Shown here: piece by piece, positions 45,254 through 55,314 of the stretch
Position numbering within the stretch: the stretch's first letter is position 1
Layout of the letters: each line of letters opens with the position of its first letter
Virus record (IMG/VR): IMGVR_UViG_3300024254_000010
Location: 1-55,420 of that record
Reading direction: 5' to 3' (one strand)
Source: a virus
Taxonomy: Duplodnaviria; Caudoviricetes
DNA: 55,420 nt
Made by a program: the position numbers and the translations under genes
The notes under the pieces: generated by a model
Databases searched by the model: none
Told to the model about the DNA's origin: nothing
Seen by the model: only the letters and a program-made list of their open reading frames with translations

Positions 45254-47662
45254 ATGAAACGATTAGTGCTCGTCCTTTTTCTGTTCCTGATGGCCATTGG
45301 GGCTTTCGCCGCCAATCCGCCCTACACGGCATTCATTGGCACAAATGGAATTCTCATAAGGTCCAATGTGGGCATCGGTAAAATCCTCGTGGACGGCGGC
45401 GGCATAACGAACGGGTCCAGCCCAGTCTTCGTCACGACCAATCTGTTCGTGGTGAACAATACTTTCAGCAGCAACATCTTCGTTACCAATCTGACCGTCC
45501 AGAGCATAACGGTGCTCCAGACCCTGTTTGCGATCAGCAATATCTTCGTGAGCAACATTTTCGTGACGAACATCGTCGTCAACAACATCAACGTGAATAG
45601 TAACCTGTTCGTGACGAATGCCTTCTTCTCTGGAATCACGACCAATAGTGGCACGATTTCCAGTCGCGTGCTGATCCTTCCCACCACGGCGGGACTGGGC
45701 TGGTTTAACGGCACCAACCAGTGGTACAGCACCAACCTCACAGCGAATGTGGCCGTTCTCCTGACCAACCTCATGGAAGGCGCTGACTATTATCTTCAGG
45801 TCAGCAATCCAGCCTCATTTGCTGTCACGTTTACGTCGATAGGGGCTGACAGTTGGATTGAGCATCCTTACGTGGCTGGAACAGCGGTCACCAACGGAAT
45901 CACGCTATTCAAGTTCCAGCGGTGGGGAACCAAGACCAATGCCTTCGAAGTCAAACGAAGCCTGACCCTAACCAATGACGACGGAAGCATTACATTTGTG
46001 ACCAATCAGGATACGCTCGTTATCCGCGCTGCGCCCGGTGGGATAACCTTTGGGGACTTGGTTTGGACCAACGACAACAATGACATCACCGTCATTTCTA
46101 CGATAACCACGAACATTCACTTCTCGCTCGACGGCAGCATGCACATCGGGCCAGAGATAACCAATGGCGTTTTCATCGACCTCTCCAATCCTTCGATTAA
46201 GTCGATAAATGTGGATCGGCCCAACGCCAACTCCACGCTTCAAGCTGACGACAACGGATTTGCCATGGCGGGAGCTGTAAATGCTGCTGAAGGCGGATCC
46301 ACCCGATTCGACGTGTTTGGAATAGGCGACACGGGAGGCGGCCTTTCGAGTGTGGAATTGGCCATGCAAATTGCTAACAGGTACGTCGTTCTCCTTGATC
46401 CAACCTACTCAGTCGGCCCCACATCGTACATATTCAACACCGCCTACCGAGTCACGAATACCGACACGATTCTGTCCTTGCAGAACTCCAACGCGCCAAT
46501 GTTCGAAGTGAACGGTATAGGCGACCTAAAGCTCCTGAAGCGAGTTGCCTACTCCTGGCCCAGCGCCCAGGGCGCTGCTCAGACTGTTCTGACCAACGAC
46601 GGCGCAGGAAATTTGGGATGGGGCGCTGTGATCGGAACGGGTGGCGGCGATTCGGTGTGGACGAATGATGGCACTAGAATTCGACCATCTGCTCTTAACT
46701 CTGGAAGATACATCTACAATGTTGGTGGCTATAATACTGGAATTGGCGTTACGAATGCCAACAACGGCTATACCCCCACGGCCCAGAACGCATTTACTTC
46801 ACTGCATAACGTTCAAGATGGCGACAATCAAGGGAATCAGTTCCGAATCGTTGTCCAACAGGACACCAATGCAATTCAGAACGCCAGAATAATCGGTGCA
46901 GCAAACTATTTTGATGGAGATTCTTACACTGAGCTGGATATTGAGGCACGAGGAACCAATGGAACTGTCGGGCTACAGTTATTTGCGGACTACCTTTTCG
47001 GTACGTTTGTGACATGGGAAACCACCAACGGCACTTTTAATTGGCAGTTCCCCAATGCCCAAGGATCGGCTGGCACAGTTTTAACCAATGACGGTAGCGG
47101 TAATCTAGGCTGGGGCACTGTCGCCGCCGCAAATCCGCTGTCGGGCACCACCAACATACTCAATCTGTCGGTGCAAGCGGCCAAGCTGCCGGCCACCAAT
47201 TATCCGGTTATTGATGCTGGGTGGCAGGCTTGGGAAACCGTTTACGCGGAGACCAATGCTGAGGGTGCTCGCATCGCCACGAGTGCCACATGGCAGTTTG
47301 TGGTTCCTCCCGACTATGCAACTAACACGCTAAAGCTATTGATTAACTATTCGCTTTCATCCACCAATGGACCCAACACGAGCAACGTTGTCTTTGGAGT
47401 TTCGGTCCTGCCGATTAGGAGCGGTACTACCAATAATGTTCACACCAACTTCTTCGGTGCGCTTGTTAGAGGATCAAACGATTGGATCGCCAAATATGAC
47501 GGCACCAATATCGTGACTAATCTTGTCATTGATTTGGGCGTTAATTCGCTCCTCATGCCCCGAGACGTGGGCCTTATAAAACTGCAACGACTTCCAACCG
47601 AAGATACCTACGGCGGGGCGGTCGCAGTGCATGGATTGCAGTTGGAATACACACGCCCATGA
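45254..47662 (+). CDS. Secreted TN-rich fibre-like protein
   Basis: Signal MKRLVLVLFLFLMAIGAFA|A; shares modules with the 40033 protein. Confidence 0.75.
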   Translation: MKRLVLVLFLFLMAIGAFAANPPYTAFIGTNGILIRSNVGIGKILVDGGGITNGSSPVFVTTNLFVVNNTFSSNIFVTNLTVQSITVLQTLFAISNIFVSNIFVTNIVVNNINVNSNLFVTNAFFSGITTNSGTISSRVLILPTTAGLGWFNGTNQWYSTNLTANVAVLLTNLMEGADYYLQVSNPASFAVTFTSIGADSWIEHPYVAGTAVTNGITLFKFQRWGTKTNAFEVKRSLTLTNDDGSITFVTNQDTLVIRAAPGGITFGDLVWTNDNNDITVISTITTNIHFSLDGSMHIGPEITNGVFIDLSNPSIKSINVDRPNANSTLQADDNGFAMAGAVNAAEGGSTRFDVFGIGDTGGGLSSVELAMQIANRYVVLLDPTYSVGPTSYIFNTAYRVTNTDTILSLQNSNAPMFEVNGIGDLKLLKRVAYSWPSAQGAAQTVLTNDGAGNLGWGAVIGTGGGDSVWTNDGTRIRPSALNSGRYIYNVGGYNTGIGVTNANNGYTPTAQNAFTSLHNVQDGDNQGNQFRIVVQQDTNAIQNARIIGAANYFDGDSYTELDIEARGTNGTVGLQLFADYLFGTFVTWETTNGTFNWQFPNAQGSAGTVLTNDGSGNLGWGTVAAANPLSGTTNILNLSVQAAKLPATNYPVIDAGWQAWETVYAETNAEGARIATSATWQFVVPPDYATNTLKLLINYSLSSTNGPNTSNVVFGVSVLPIRSGTTNNVHTNFFGALVRGSNDWIAKYDGTNIVTNLVIDLGVNSLLMPRDVGLIKLQRLPTEDTYGGAVAVHGLQLEYTRP

Positions 47663-48507
47663 ATAAATGTCTAATCTTGCTGATATTGGCATTGTCAATG
47701 GTACCCGGTCCGGGTGCAGTCCACACCATCATAGGGCAATCCGACAATAAAACACCTATTGGAACCTCTGGGAATAGGGCGACTGAACTATTCGCTCAGA
47801 TGACTAACTCCAGTTCCATAACCATTGCCTGTTGGGTCAAGTACGACTGGACCGACGCCGGAGTAAATGGCCAACTGGGAGGAGGAGCAAAACAGGGTTT
47901 GGTTGGCAAAGGTCGATTCGAACAATCTGGGGCTGACGGAAATCAACAGTTCGGATTATCCTCGGTCAGCGAAAAGATTGGATTCAGCTTCGCTAGTCCC
48001 AACGGCACCTATCACATCTGGCGAACAACTGGCGACTCAGTGCAGACAAATACCTGGATGCATGTGGCTTGCAGTTATACCTACAGTAACGCCAATTCTC
48101 TCGCCTTTTACATCAATGGCAAAGCTACCTCGGGCAGCTGGGGAACAGGAACTGGAAACGCCGTTGGGATAACGAACGCCACCACTTTTCACACATTCGT
48201 CTACCAGCAGAATGGAGGGTCGTCTTTTTTTGGTGGGGCCATGTCGGATTTAGCCTTCTGGACTAATGCATTGTCGGCTGGAGACGTCGGCAAATTGGCC
48301 TTCAGCAAAGTGAAGTACATGCCGTTTCAGGTCCAGCCGGAATCGCTGATGTTCTATTGGCCAATGGATACGACACCCATTGGTCCAGTCATTACCGGAG
48401 GTAGCCCAGCCAATCTAGACTGCGACAGGAACAAGTACCATTTCGATCTGGATGCAGGCGGGCTGTTCTCTGGAGAGCGCACCCTTAGCTACCAACCCAA
48501 CGAATAG
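47659..48507 (+). CDS. Secreted LamG-like lectin-domain protein
   Basis: Signal MNKCLILLILALSMV; ITIACWVK...TWMHVACSY...FYING...SDLAFWTNALS. Confidence 0.78.
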   Translation: MNKCLILLILALSMVPGPGAVHTIIGQSDNKTPIGTSGNRATELFAQMTNSSSITIACWVKYDWTDAGVNGQLGGGAKQGLVGKGRFEQSGADGNQQFGLSSVSEKIGFSFASPNGTYHIWRTTGDSVQTNTWMHVACSYTYSNANSLAFYINGKATSGSWGTGTGNAVGITNATTFHTFVYQQNGGSSFFGGAMSDLAFWTNALSAGDVGKLAFSKVKYMPFQVQPESLMFYWPMDTTPIGPVITGGSPANLDCDRNKYHFDLDAGGLFSGERTLSYQPNE

Positions 48508-49932
48508 ATGAAGACATTCCTAGCTCTGGCTTTAGCACTGATCGCATCTGTGTGTCATGGAGCGACGATTACCGCAGTCGATACAAGCTGGGCTGCTGTC
48601 TCGAACGCGGTCAGGATTGCTGTCTCCGGGGACACGGTGGTTGTGCCAGCTGGATTATCGAGTTGGAGCACAGAAGTCATAATTACTGGCAAAAGGCTGA
48701 CTGTTTTAGGGGCCGGGATTGGGAAGACGATCATTCTTGATAACGGAAATGGCGCTTTCCAGGTGTTTTGTTCTTTGGCCAATCAGGTGCGAATCTCTGG
48801 TTTTGAGTTTCGGTCGGGTGCAAATCATCATTCCTCGGGACTGATCGACATCGACGGGCCATCCAACGTGGCAGGCGATCAGGTGGGATATCGCATTGAT
48901 CGTTGCAAGCTAGTCATCGCTGACGGAGATACACGCGGGATTGTGACTGTGAACACCTACGGCCTCATTGATTTCAATTACTTCGACGTAAGTTATATCG
49001 GCCAATCAATTCAAAGCATTTCTCCGTTCGGTAGCATTGATGGGTCAGACGGCGGATTTACCCCTTGGCGCAGACCACTAGTCCTAGGGTCCACAAACTG
49101 CACCTTCATCGAAAACAACACCTTCGCCTATACGGTTGGAATCGCCAATGTAGAGGACTGCATTGATGGCTACGGCGGCGCTCGACTGACGATCCGGTCC
49201 AATTATTTCCTCAACTCGCACCCTGGATTTCATGGCACGGATAGCGGTAACCGAAGGTCCGCACACAGCTTCGAGGTTTACTCCAATAACTACGTCAACA
49301 ACTCGGCCTTCACCTATCGCACCCTAACAGTGCGGGGTGGAACTGGAGTTGTATTCTGGAACAGCTATGGCGGAACCCAGCCAGTAGGCGGGGTTACCCT
49401 GATGTATTACCGGGCATCCACGACCCTGGACAGTAGCACTTGGCAAAGATGCGACGGGACCGAATGGGAACTTGGTTCGATAAATCTGAGTGCCGGCGCG
49501 AGTCGGGTCTGTTCAACGACAGGCAACGTCCGTTTCTGTGGTTACGACAAGGAGACGATTGGAACCGAAAATCTGGTGTGCGTTGGAAGCACTTTCAGCC
49601 GTCCTTTTGATGGTCCTGGAATATCTGGAAGGCCCGGGCGGGATCAACCAGGAGTCACTACAGGGCAGTTTGAAACTCCGATTTATGTTTGGAATAACGG
49701 CACGCACACCGCAGGAACGTATGATGGGGGAACACCAACGGTAGGGAACCGGGGCATCGACTTCTGGATTATCGCTGGCAAACATTACAGTAACAATTTC
49801 GCACGGCCGGGCTACATCCCACTTGGCAAACATCCATTGACGCTTACCGATCCACAGGTATCGGGACCGCCGCCGTCTGGATGGCAAAAGTTTCTGTTCG
49901 GCGCAGGGGCGAACCCGGTTATCTTACCATAA
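48508..49932 (+). CDS. Secreted pectin-lyase-like beta-helix protein (possible depolymerase)
   Basis: Signal MKTFLALALALIASVCHG|A; GDTVVVPAG, GAGIGKTII, FIENNTF, EVYSNNY. Confidence 0.72.
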   Translation: MKTFLALALALIASVCHGATITAVDTSWAAVSNAVRIAVSGDTVVVPAGLSSWSTEVIITGKRLTVLGAGIGKTIILDNGNGAFQVFCSLANQVRISGFEFRSGANHHSSGLIDIDGPSNVAGDQVGYRIDRCKLVIADGDTRGIVTVNTYGLIDFNYFDVSYIGQSIQSISPFGSIDGSDGGFTPWRRPLVLGSTNCTFIENNTFAYTVGIANVEDCIDGYGGARLTIRSNYFLNSHPGFHGTDSGNRRSAHSFEVYSNNYVNNSAFTYRTLTVRGGTGVVFWNSYGGTQPVGGVTLMYYRASTTLDSSTWQRCDGTEWELGSINLSAGASRVCSTTGNVRFCGYDKETIGTENLVCVGSTFSRPFDGPGISGRPGRDQPGVTTGQFETPIYVWNNGTHTAGTYDGGTPTVGNRGIDFWIIAGKHYSNNFARPGYIPLGKHPLTLTDPQVSGPPPSGWQKFLFGAGANPVILP

Positions 49933-50300
49933 TGAGTGACGTATCAATGCGAGAATACCTGGAAACATTGATCGCCGCTCACCGCCGCGAGATTGATGTG
50001 AAAAGTGCAGCCACCGAATCGGCCATCCTGTTGGCCAGGGAAGAAGTGGCGCGGCGACTGGGTGAACTCAACCAGTTGCGCAGTGAAGTTATCTCTGACC
50101 GTGAACAATTTGTGAGCAAACTACAATTCGAACCAATGATGCAGGAGCGTGACGCCTGGAGAGGCGACATGACTGACAAACTAACCTCCATAAACGAGCG
50201 CATAACCAAAATCGAGACCCGGGGCAGCACCTGGACTCTGGCCATTGGCCTATTCTTCGTCGTGCTCCAAATCGCCTTGATGTTTCTATTGCGCAAATAG
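49932..50300 (+). CDS. Coiled-coil protein with C-terminal TM (holin-like candidate)
   Basis: Heptad pattern; WTLAIGLFFVVLQIALMFLL. Confidence 0.5.
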   Translation: MSDVSMREYLETLIAAHRREIDVKSAATESAILLAREEVARRLGELNQLRSEVISDREQFVSKLQFEPMMQERDAWRGDMTDKLTSINERITKIETRGSTWTLAIGLFFVVLQIALMFLLRK

Positions 50301-50326
50301 GGCCAAACGCGCTACCAAGCCAATCT

Positions 50327-51019
50327 ATGAAAACAAACATGCGGCTAACGGCCATGGTCGCCATGGCGTTCACGTTAATTCAGATCACGCTTCAATGCGC
50401 GGAGGATCCGAATCAGCTGCCATCGGTTGACTGGGCGCAAGTCGCCCAGGTCCAACCAAAACCCTGGATGATGACCACGCCCAAACCGGGCACTGCGGCC
50501 AAACCGGCTGCACCAGCCGCCCCGCCAAAAGAGAAGCCTGTTTCCTGGTGGACCGACTTCTCCATCAGTCCGTACGTCGCATGGCGAAATGTGGATTTTA
50601 CCGGCAAACCCATCTTCGGCGCGGGGATAGGATTGGGCTACCAGATCAACCGCGCAGTGGGAGTTCATCTCCTAAACACCCTCTACGATGAACCTGACGT
50701 GCTTACCTACGACAGACGCGGCAATGCATTTGTCCAAAAGCACGGCTGGACCTCAGGGATGGGCATTGATGAGACGGAGGTTATGGCGCGGGCTGACATG
50801 AATGGGCTTGTCGGCAAAGGCAATGAGCGATTTGTTCCGTTTCTTCTTGGTTCCTATACTCATTCGTGGGAACATGACGATGAAGCCATTGGAGCCGGGG
50901 CCGGATTTGACATTCGTTTGTCCAAAAACTTCTCCTTCGAGATGAGTTACCGGGTTCGTGTATTTTTCAACGGTGGAGATGAAGGCTGTGGAATGGCTGG
51001 ACTACACTTTCAGTGGTAA
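50327..51019 (+). CDS. Outer-membrane beta-barrel protein (OmpA/Lom-like fold)
   Basis: Signal peptide; amphipathic strands GAGIGLGYQI, FVPFLLG, GAGAGFDIRL; terminal aromatic GLHFQW. Confidence 0.72.
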   Translation: MKTNMRLTAMVAMAFTLIQITLQCAEDPNQLPSVDWAQVAQVQPKPWMMTTPKPGTAAKPAAPAAPPKEKPVSWWTDFSISPYVAWRNVDFTGKPIFGAGIGLGYQINRAVGVHLLNTLYDEPDVLTYDRRGNAFVQKHGWTSGMGIDETEVMARADMNGLVGKGNERFVPFLLGSYTHSWEHDDEAIGAGAGFDIRLSKNFSFEMSYRVRVFFNGGDEGCGMAGLHFQW

Positions 51020-51526
51020 ATGAGGGTGCTGTTGCTCTTTGCAAGATTCGTGAAGACTGTCATAAACATTTTCAACGGGGGTTCCCCGATGAAAGAGAAG
51101 AAAAAGAAAAAACCAATCCGATTGATCGTGTTCGAAACCGGGCATGACGAGCGGATACCACAAGGACCACCAGATATGGAAGTCACACTAAGTAAGCCAA
51201 TTAAGCCCGGATTCCGACGCGCTTTCACGGTTGGAACCGATGAAGCAATCGACAAACAGCCGGACGGAACATACGCCAAGAGCGAAACCCTCGAAGGCGA
51301 TTCAACGGCACCGGTCATTCTGCCCGAATCCACCGCCACTCTGTTGACGGGTTGGATTTATGGCGACGGGTCCATTGGGTCCAAGAAGGCTCGCATCACC
51401 GTTGACGGCCACGTCGGAGATGGTGATGTGCCGATCACCCTGGATATCACTTATGAAGTCCAAAGCCCAGACGCCACCGCCTTCCAAAACTTCACCGAAG
51501 GTGCCGACGAGGCTATTCCCACTTAA
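51020..51526 (+). CDS. Hypothetical beta-rich protein (start uncertain)
   Basis: Operonic ORF; alternative ATGs at 51089 and 51176. Confidence 0.55.
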   Translation: MRVLLLFARFVKTVINIFNGGSPMKEKKKKKPIRLIVFETGHDERIPQGPPDMEVTLSKPIKPGFRRAFTVGTDEAIDKQPDGTYAKSETLEGDSTAPVILPESTATLLTGWIYGDGSIGSKKARITVDGHVGDGDVPITLDITYEVQSPDATAFQNFTEGADEAIPT

Positions 51527-51666
51527 GCTCGCGCCGAAGGTCTCAACCCTCACCATGGCTCCTGCTGTGGTGAGGCCGCTTCCCCAGCCAGTGGCTGTGC
51601 CGAAAGCATCCATTTCTGCGTTGCAGGCTGCGCGGCAGGCCCGAAGGCTTCGACGGTTGGAGCGGC

Positions 51667-53460
51667 TTAAGAGGCGTAATTGAGCGTGTGACGCTTTTTC
51701 ACGCGCTCCATCCGTTTGGCCAAGTCCAGTCGCCATCCATTGTCGGCCGTTGCGCCGACATTGGTTAGCTTTGCGATGTGAAACCCACGTCGCCGGGCCC
51801 CTTCCACCCCGCAGGCCAGCGCGTCGAATAGGTCGGGCGACCGGCCGCTTTTCAGCTTCATCTTATCCTTGGGCTCAATCTCGATCTTGTTGCCACCGAC
51901 AAACCCCCATTCGCGCATCGAACCTTCCAGGAGGATGTCCTCAGTCATGCCCCGGAATTGACCGCTTTGGATGGTCAGAGCCACTGAGTACCAAAGCTCG
52001 GTCACGAACTTCGAATAGTAATCCTTGCACAGCACCCGAATGTTATCGGACACGTAACGCTCGCTAGGTTTACCGCCAAACTCGACTGTGCCGACATGGG
52101 CGCTCCAGAGCCGCGCAAAGGCCCCAACGAGGCTGCCACGCCCGGTGGAGTCAAAGAACACATCCTCGGGCTTGATGTGCCTCTGTTCGCATTGGGTCTT
52201 CACGAATAGGGCAATCTGATCCTCGGGCAACTCGGGGCTGGTCGTAGTGACGGGGACGAGCATCGTGTCGATCACAGCCAAGATTTCGCGGTCATTGGGG
52301 TCCTTGCCAATCTGCAATTCCCCAAAGACGCAGCGATCCCCGCCCACGCTGCCATAAGCGGCATCCAGAAAGCCGATGCGGGTGCGCTCGTCACTCTTCC
52401 AGATGGGCGCTTCCATCGCCCCAAACTTCAGGCACATGGCCCGCGTAATGACCCGGCGCAGACCTTGGCCGCGAGGCATGCGGCCTTCGTTCATCATCGA
52501 GTACTGGATCGAATCCATCCCGTAGAAGGCGACATCCGACTCAATGGCTTCGCGGGTGATGAGGAACGGATAAGGAACTGGCGCGTCCTTTGGCACATCC
52601 ATGTTCGGGCAATCAGACCCAACTAACTGCACGCAAATCCCATCCTTGAAACGGGTGGGCCAAGTCTTGGTCATCGGGGCTTGGTCAACGCCTCCGTCCC
52701 ATCCGCCCAGTTCGGCAGACGGTTCACAAACAACTCCAAGTGCGTCGGTGGTTTCCTTAGGATTCCCTAGGACGATGCACTTGAACCCCTTGTTCTTATT
52801 CAGATTGGAAATGGCATCGACGTAGGCCCGGGGCATGAACGCACCTTCATCAGCGACGAGTAAGATGTGCTTGTTCTTCACCCCGATAAATCCGGTCATA
52901 CCCACGTACTGGCCCCCCTTCTTACACGGAACTCCAGTGACACCATTCCTGAAATCTCGACCCTCACTATCCACGAAACGGTCATCAGTCACGAGCCGTT
53001 GGCGACTCTCAACCAAGATTCCGGGTAGCCCATGCATACGGCTTGTGGCCAACTTGTGAGCCTTCTTAATCTCTCCCCACACGCGCATCTCTAGCATCTC
53101 CCGTTCAGTCGAGGACACCAAAACCGTTGTGCAATCTGAGAAGGAGTAGTAAAATATGAGTGCAAAAGTTGCAGCCTCGTAAGTTTTACCCGAGCTGGCA
53201 GGCCCTAGTACCCCAATAATTCTGTGGTCGAGGAAGTTTTTAAGGAGCAGATCATTCCACTTATGCCATTCCTTTTCGGGCCAAAGTAGCTTCTGGGCCT
53301 CTTTGTAATGATAGAAATTGCCCATGCCCGCGTATTCACCATTGGGCTTCTTCCACCGCCCACCAGCCTGGATGCAGGCGATGTGGCACCAGAACATGGG
53401 CGTGAGCGGTTCGAAATCAGTGTTGAACAGGACTTGGCGCTGGGGATTGGGTCTTGCCAT
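51667..53460 (-). CDS. terL: Terminase large subunit
   Basis: Walker A GPASSGKT, Walker B LLVADEG, GNP, nuclease FLDAA...GDRC and SPDLFDA. Confidence 0.9.
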   Translation of the reverse strand: MARPNPQRQVLFNTDFEPLTPMFWCHIACIQAGGRWKKPNGEYAGMGNFYHYKEAQKLLWPEKEWHKWNDLLLKNFLDHRIIGVLGPASSGKTYEAATFALIFYYSFSDCTTVLVSSTEREMLEMRVWGEIKKAHKLATSRMHGLPGILVESRQRLVTDDRFVDSEGRDFRNGVTGVPCKKGGQYVGMTGFIGVKNKHILLVADEGAFMPRAYVDAISNLNKNKGFKCIVLGNPKETTDALGVVCEPSAELGGWDGGVDQAPMTKTWPTRFKDGICVQLVGSDCPNMDVPKDAPVPYPFLITREAIESDVAFYGMDSIQYSMMNEGRMPRGQGLRRVITRAMCLKFGAMEAPIWKSDERTRIGFLDAAYGSVGGDRCVFGELQIGKDPNDREILAVIDTMLVPVTTTSPELPEDQIALFVKTQCEQRHIKPEDVFFDSTGRGSLVGAFARLWSAHVGTVEFGGKPSERYVSDNIRVLCKDYYSKFVTELWYSVALTIQSGQFRGMTEDILLEGSMREWGFVGGNKIEIEPKDKMKLKSGRSPDLFDALACGVEGARRRGFHIAKLTNVGATADNGWRLDLAKRMERVKKRHTLNYAS

Positions 53461-53484
53461 AAGTGCTATTGGCATTGATAACTC

Positions 53485-55314
53485 ATGCCAATGCCAAATG
53501 GCAAATCAGACCTCAGACTCGTGGATGGTCAATTGTCGTTCGCTGGAGGAATTGACTCGGGCAAAATCTCGACGATAGCCACTGATTCCTACCCTGAAGG
53601 ACTCAAGCGTAACCAGTTGGCGTGGCTTACCAACGGGACCTGTCGTGGTGGTGGCATTACTCAGCGAACTGGCTGGAAGCCCTTGGTCCAAAGTTTTCCA
53701 TGGCCTGGAATATTTCAGGGCGGATACATGTACGAGCCGCCATTCGCCAATCCTTATCTGGTCCTTTCAATCGGCGGGCATCTGTATATCGTAAACGTAG
53801 ACTCCGATAACTCAGTGCGCGATATTTCGGCTGACTTCGGTCAGTTCAATCCGCCTAACGAAGTGCAGGCGTTCTTTGTGCAAGCCGAAGAATTTCTCGT
53901 GGTTCAAGGCGGGGACTTTGTGACGAAGCCTCTCATTTGGGACGGAGTGACACTGAGGCGCAGCAATGGAATCACGGGCAATCTGGCCGGACCTAATATC
54001 AACGAGATACCTCCTGCTGGCCCGATGGACTATTACATGGGCCGGCTCTGGTACGCCTTTGGCCGGGTCTACGCAGCCGGCGACATCGTGCAGGGGCTAA
54101 GCGGGACGGCAGCCTACAATTACCGGGACGCCGTGCTTAAAGTAACGGAATCCCCGTTATCGTTAGCGGGGGATGGCTTCATTGTCCCCGCGCAATCGGG
54201 CAATATCAGGGGTTTGAGCCATACGGCTGAACTGGATACGGCCTTGGGCCAGGGCCGACTTTACATCGGGACTCGGCGCGACGTGTTCCGCTGCAACGTT
54301 CCCGTTACCAGAAGCGATTGGATCGGAGCTGGTGCGACGTTGGCCGGCCGAGGGCCGGACGCTAATCCGCTGCAAACCGTTGCCCAAATCAACTTTGGAT
54401 TCATCAATGACCGCAGTGTGGTGCGCGTCAATGGTGATCTGTTCTACCAAGCCATGGACGGGGTGCGTTCACTGGCTCTGGCCACCCGCTTCTTCCAGCA
54501 ATGGGGCAACGTCTCCATCAGCCGCAATGAGAACAGGGTCTTACGCTTTAACGACCGGAAGTTATTACGCTTCGCCAGTGGCATTGAATTCGATAATCGC
54601 CTCCTGCAAACCTGCCTCCCAATTCAAACTCCGGTCGGAGTCGCCCACAAGGGACTCATGCCGCTGGATTTTGATCTGATCACGAGCCTGGAAGAGAAAT
54701 ATCCACCCGCCTGGGAAGGGATGATTGAGGCCCTTGATGTCATGCAGTTGTTCGAAGGCGACTTCGGCGGATTACAGCGCGGATTTGCCACCATCGTCAG
54801 CAAACAGACTGGCTCCATTGACCTGTGGGAGATTACCACTCAGGACCGATTCGATCAGCAGATCGATAACAACGGCAACCGGGTAACGTGGTATCTCGAA
54901 AGCCCATCTTACAATTGGGGTGACGCTTTCGCTCTCAAGCAACTCGATGGGATGGAGCTATGGGTTGATAAGCTGTTCGGCACGGTGGAGTTCGTGGTAG
55001 ACTACCGGGTGGACCAAAACCCGTGTTGGGTATTCTGGCATGCTTGGAAGGAATGCAGCGCGAAGGATTGCCGGGAAGATACGGAGCCGGTGTTTTGCCC
55101 AGAGTATCCGATCCAGCCTTACTGCGAATCATTCAGAGCCACGATGGTTTTACCAAAGCCGCCCGTGCGCTGTGAGAGCGGGAACAACCATCCAACCAAC
55201 CAAGGGTTCCAGTTTCAGATAAGGGTCACAATTCGCGGTTGGTGCCGCGTCCGTGGGCTGATTGTTTACGCGCTCCCGAGAGAGCAGGGTCCTTACGAGA
55301 GGATGCTATGTTAG
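53485..55314 (+). CDS. Tail nozzle / packaged-DNA stabilisation protein (tail tubular B / P22 gp10-like)
   Basis: SFAGGIDS N-terminus, RGGGITQRTG, propeller-like strands (YMGRLWY, VNGDLFY), FQFQIRV near the C-terminus. Confidence 0.6.
   Translation: MPMPNGKSDLRLVDGQLSFAGGIDSGKISTIATDSYPEGLKRNQLAWLTNGTCRGGGITQRTGWKPLVQSFPWPGIFQGGYMYEPPFANPYLVLSIGGHLYIVNVDSDNSVRDISADFGQFNPPNEVQAFFVQAEEFLVVQGGDFVTKPLIWDGVTLRRSNGITGNLAGPNINEIPPAGPMDYYMGRLWYAFGRVYAAGDIVQGLSGTAAYNYRDAVLKVTESPLSLAGDGFIVPAQSGNIRGLSHTAELDTALGQGRLYIGTRRDVFRCNVPVTRSDWIGAGATLAGRGPDANPLQTVAQINFGFINDRSVVRVNGDLFYQAMDGVRSLALATRFFQQWGNVSISRNENRVLRFNDRKLLRFASGIEFDNRLLQTCLPIQTPVGVAHKGLMPLDFDLITSLEEKYPPAWEGMIEALDVMQLFEGDFGGLQRGFATIVSKQTGSIDLWEITTQDRFDQQIDNNGNRVTWYLESPSYNWGDAFALKQLDGMELWVDKLFGTVEFVVDYRVDQNPCWVFWHAWKECSAKDCREDTEPVFCPEYPIQPYCESFRATMVLPKPPVRCESGNNHPTNQGFQFQIRVTIRGWCRVRGLIVYALPREQGPYERMLC

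Noticed and set aside
40033-47662. Repeats as DGR template/variable regions
   Set aside because: No reverse transcriptase; differences are synonymous, not adenine-specific
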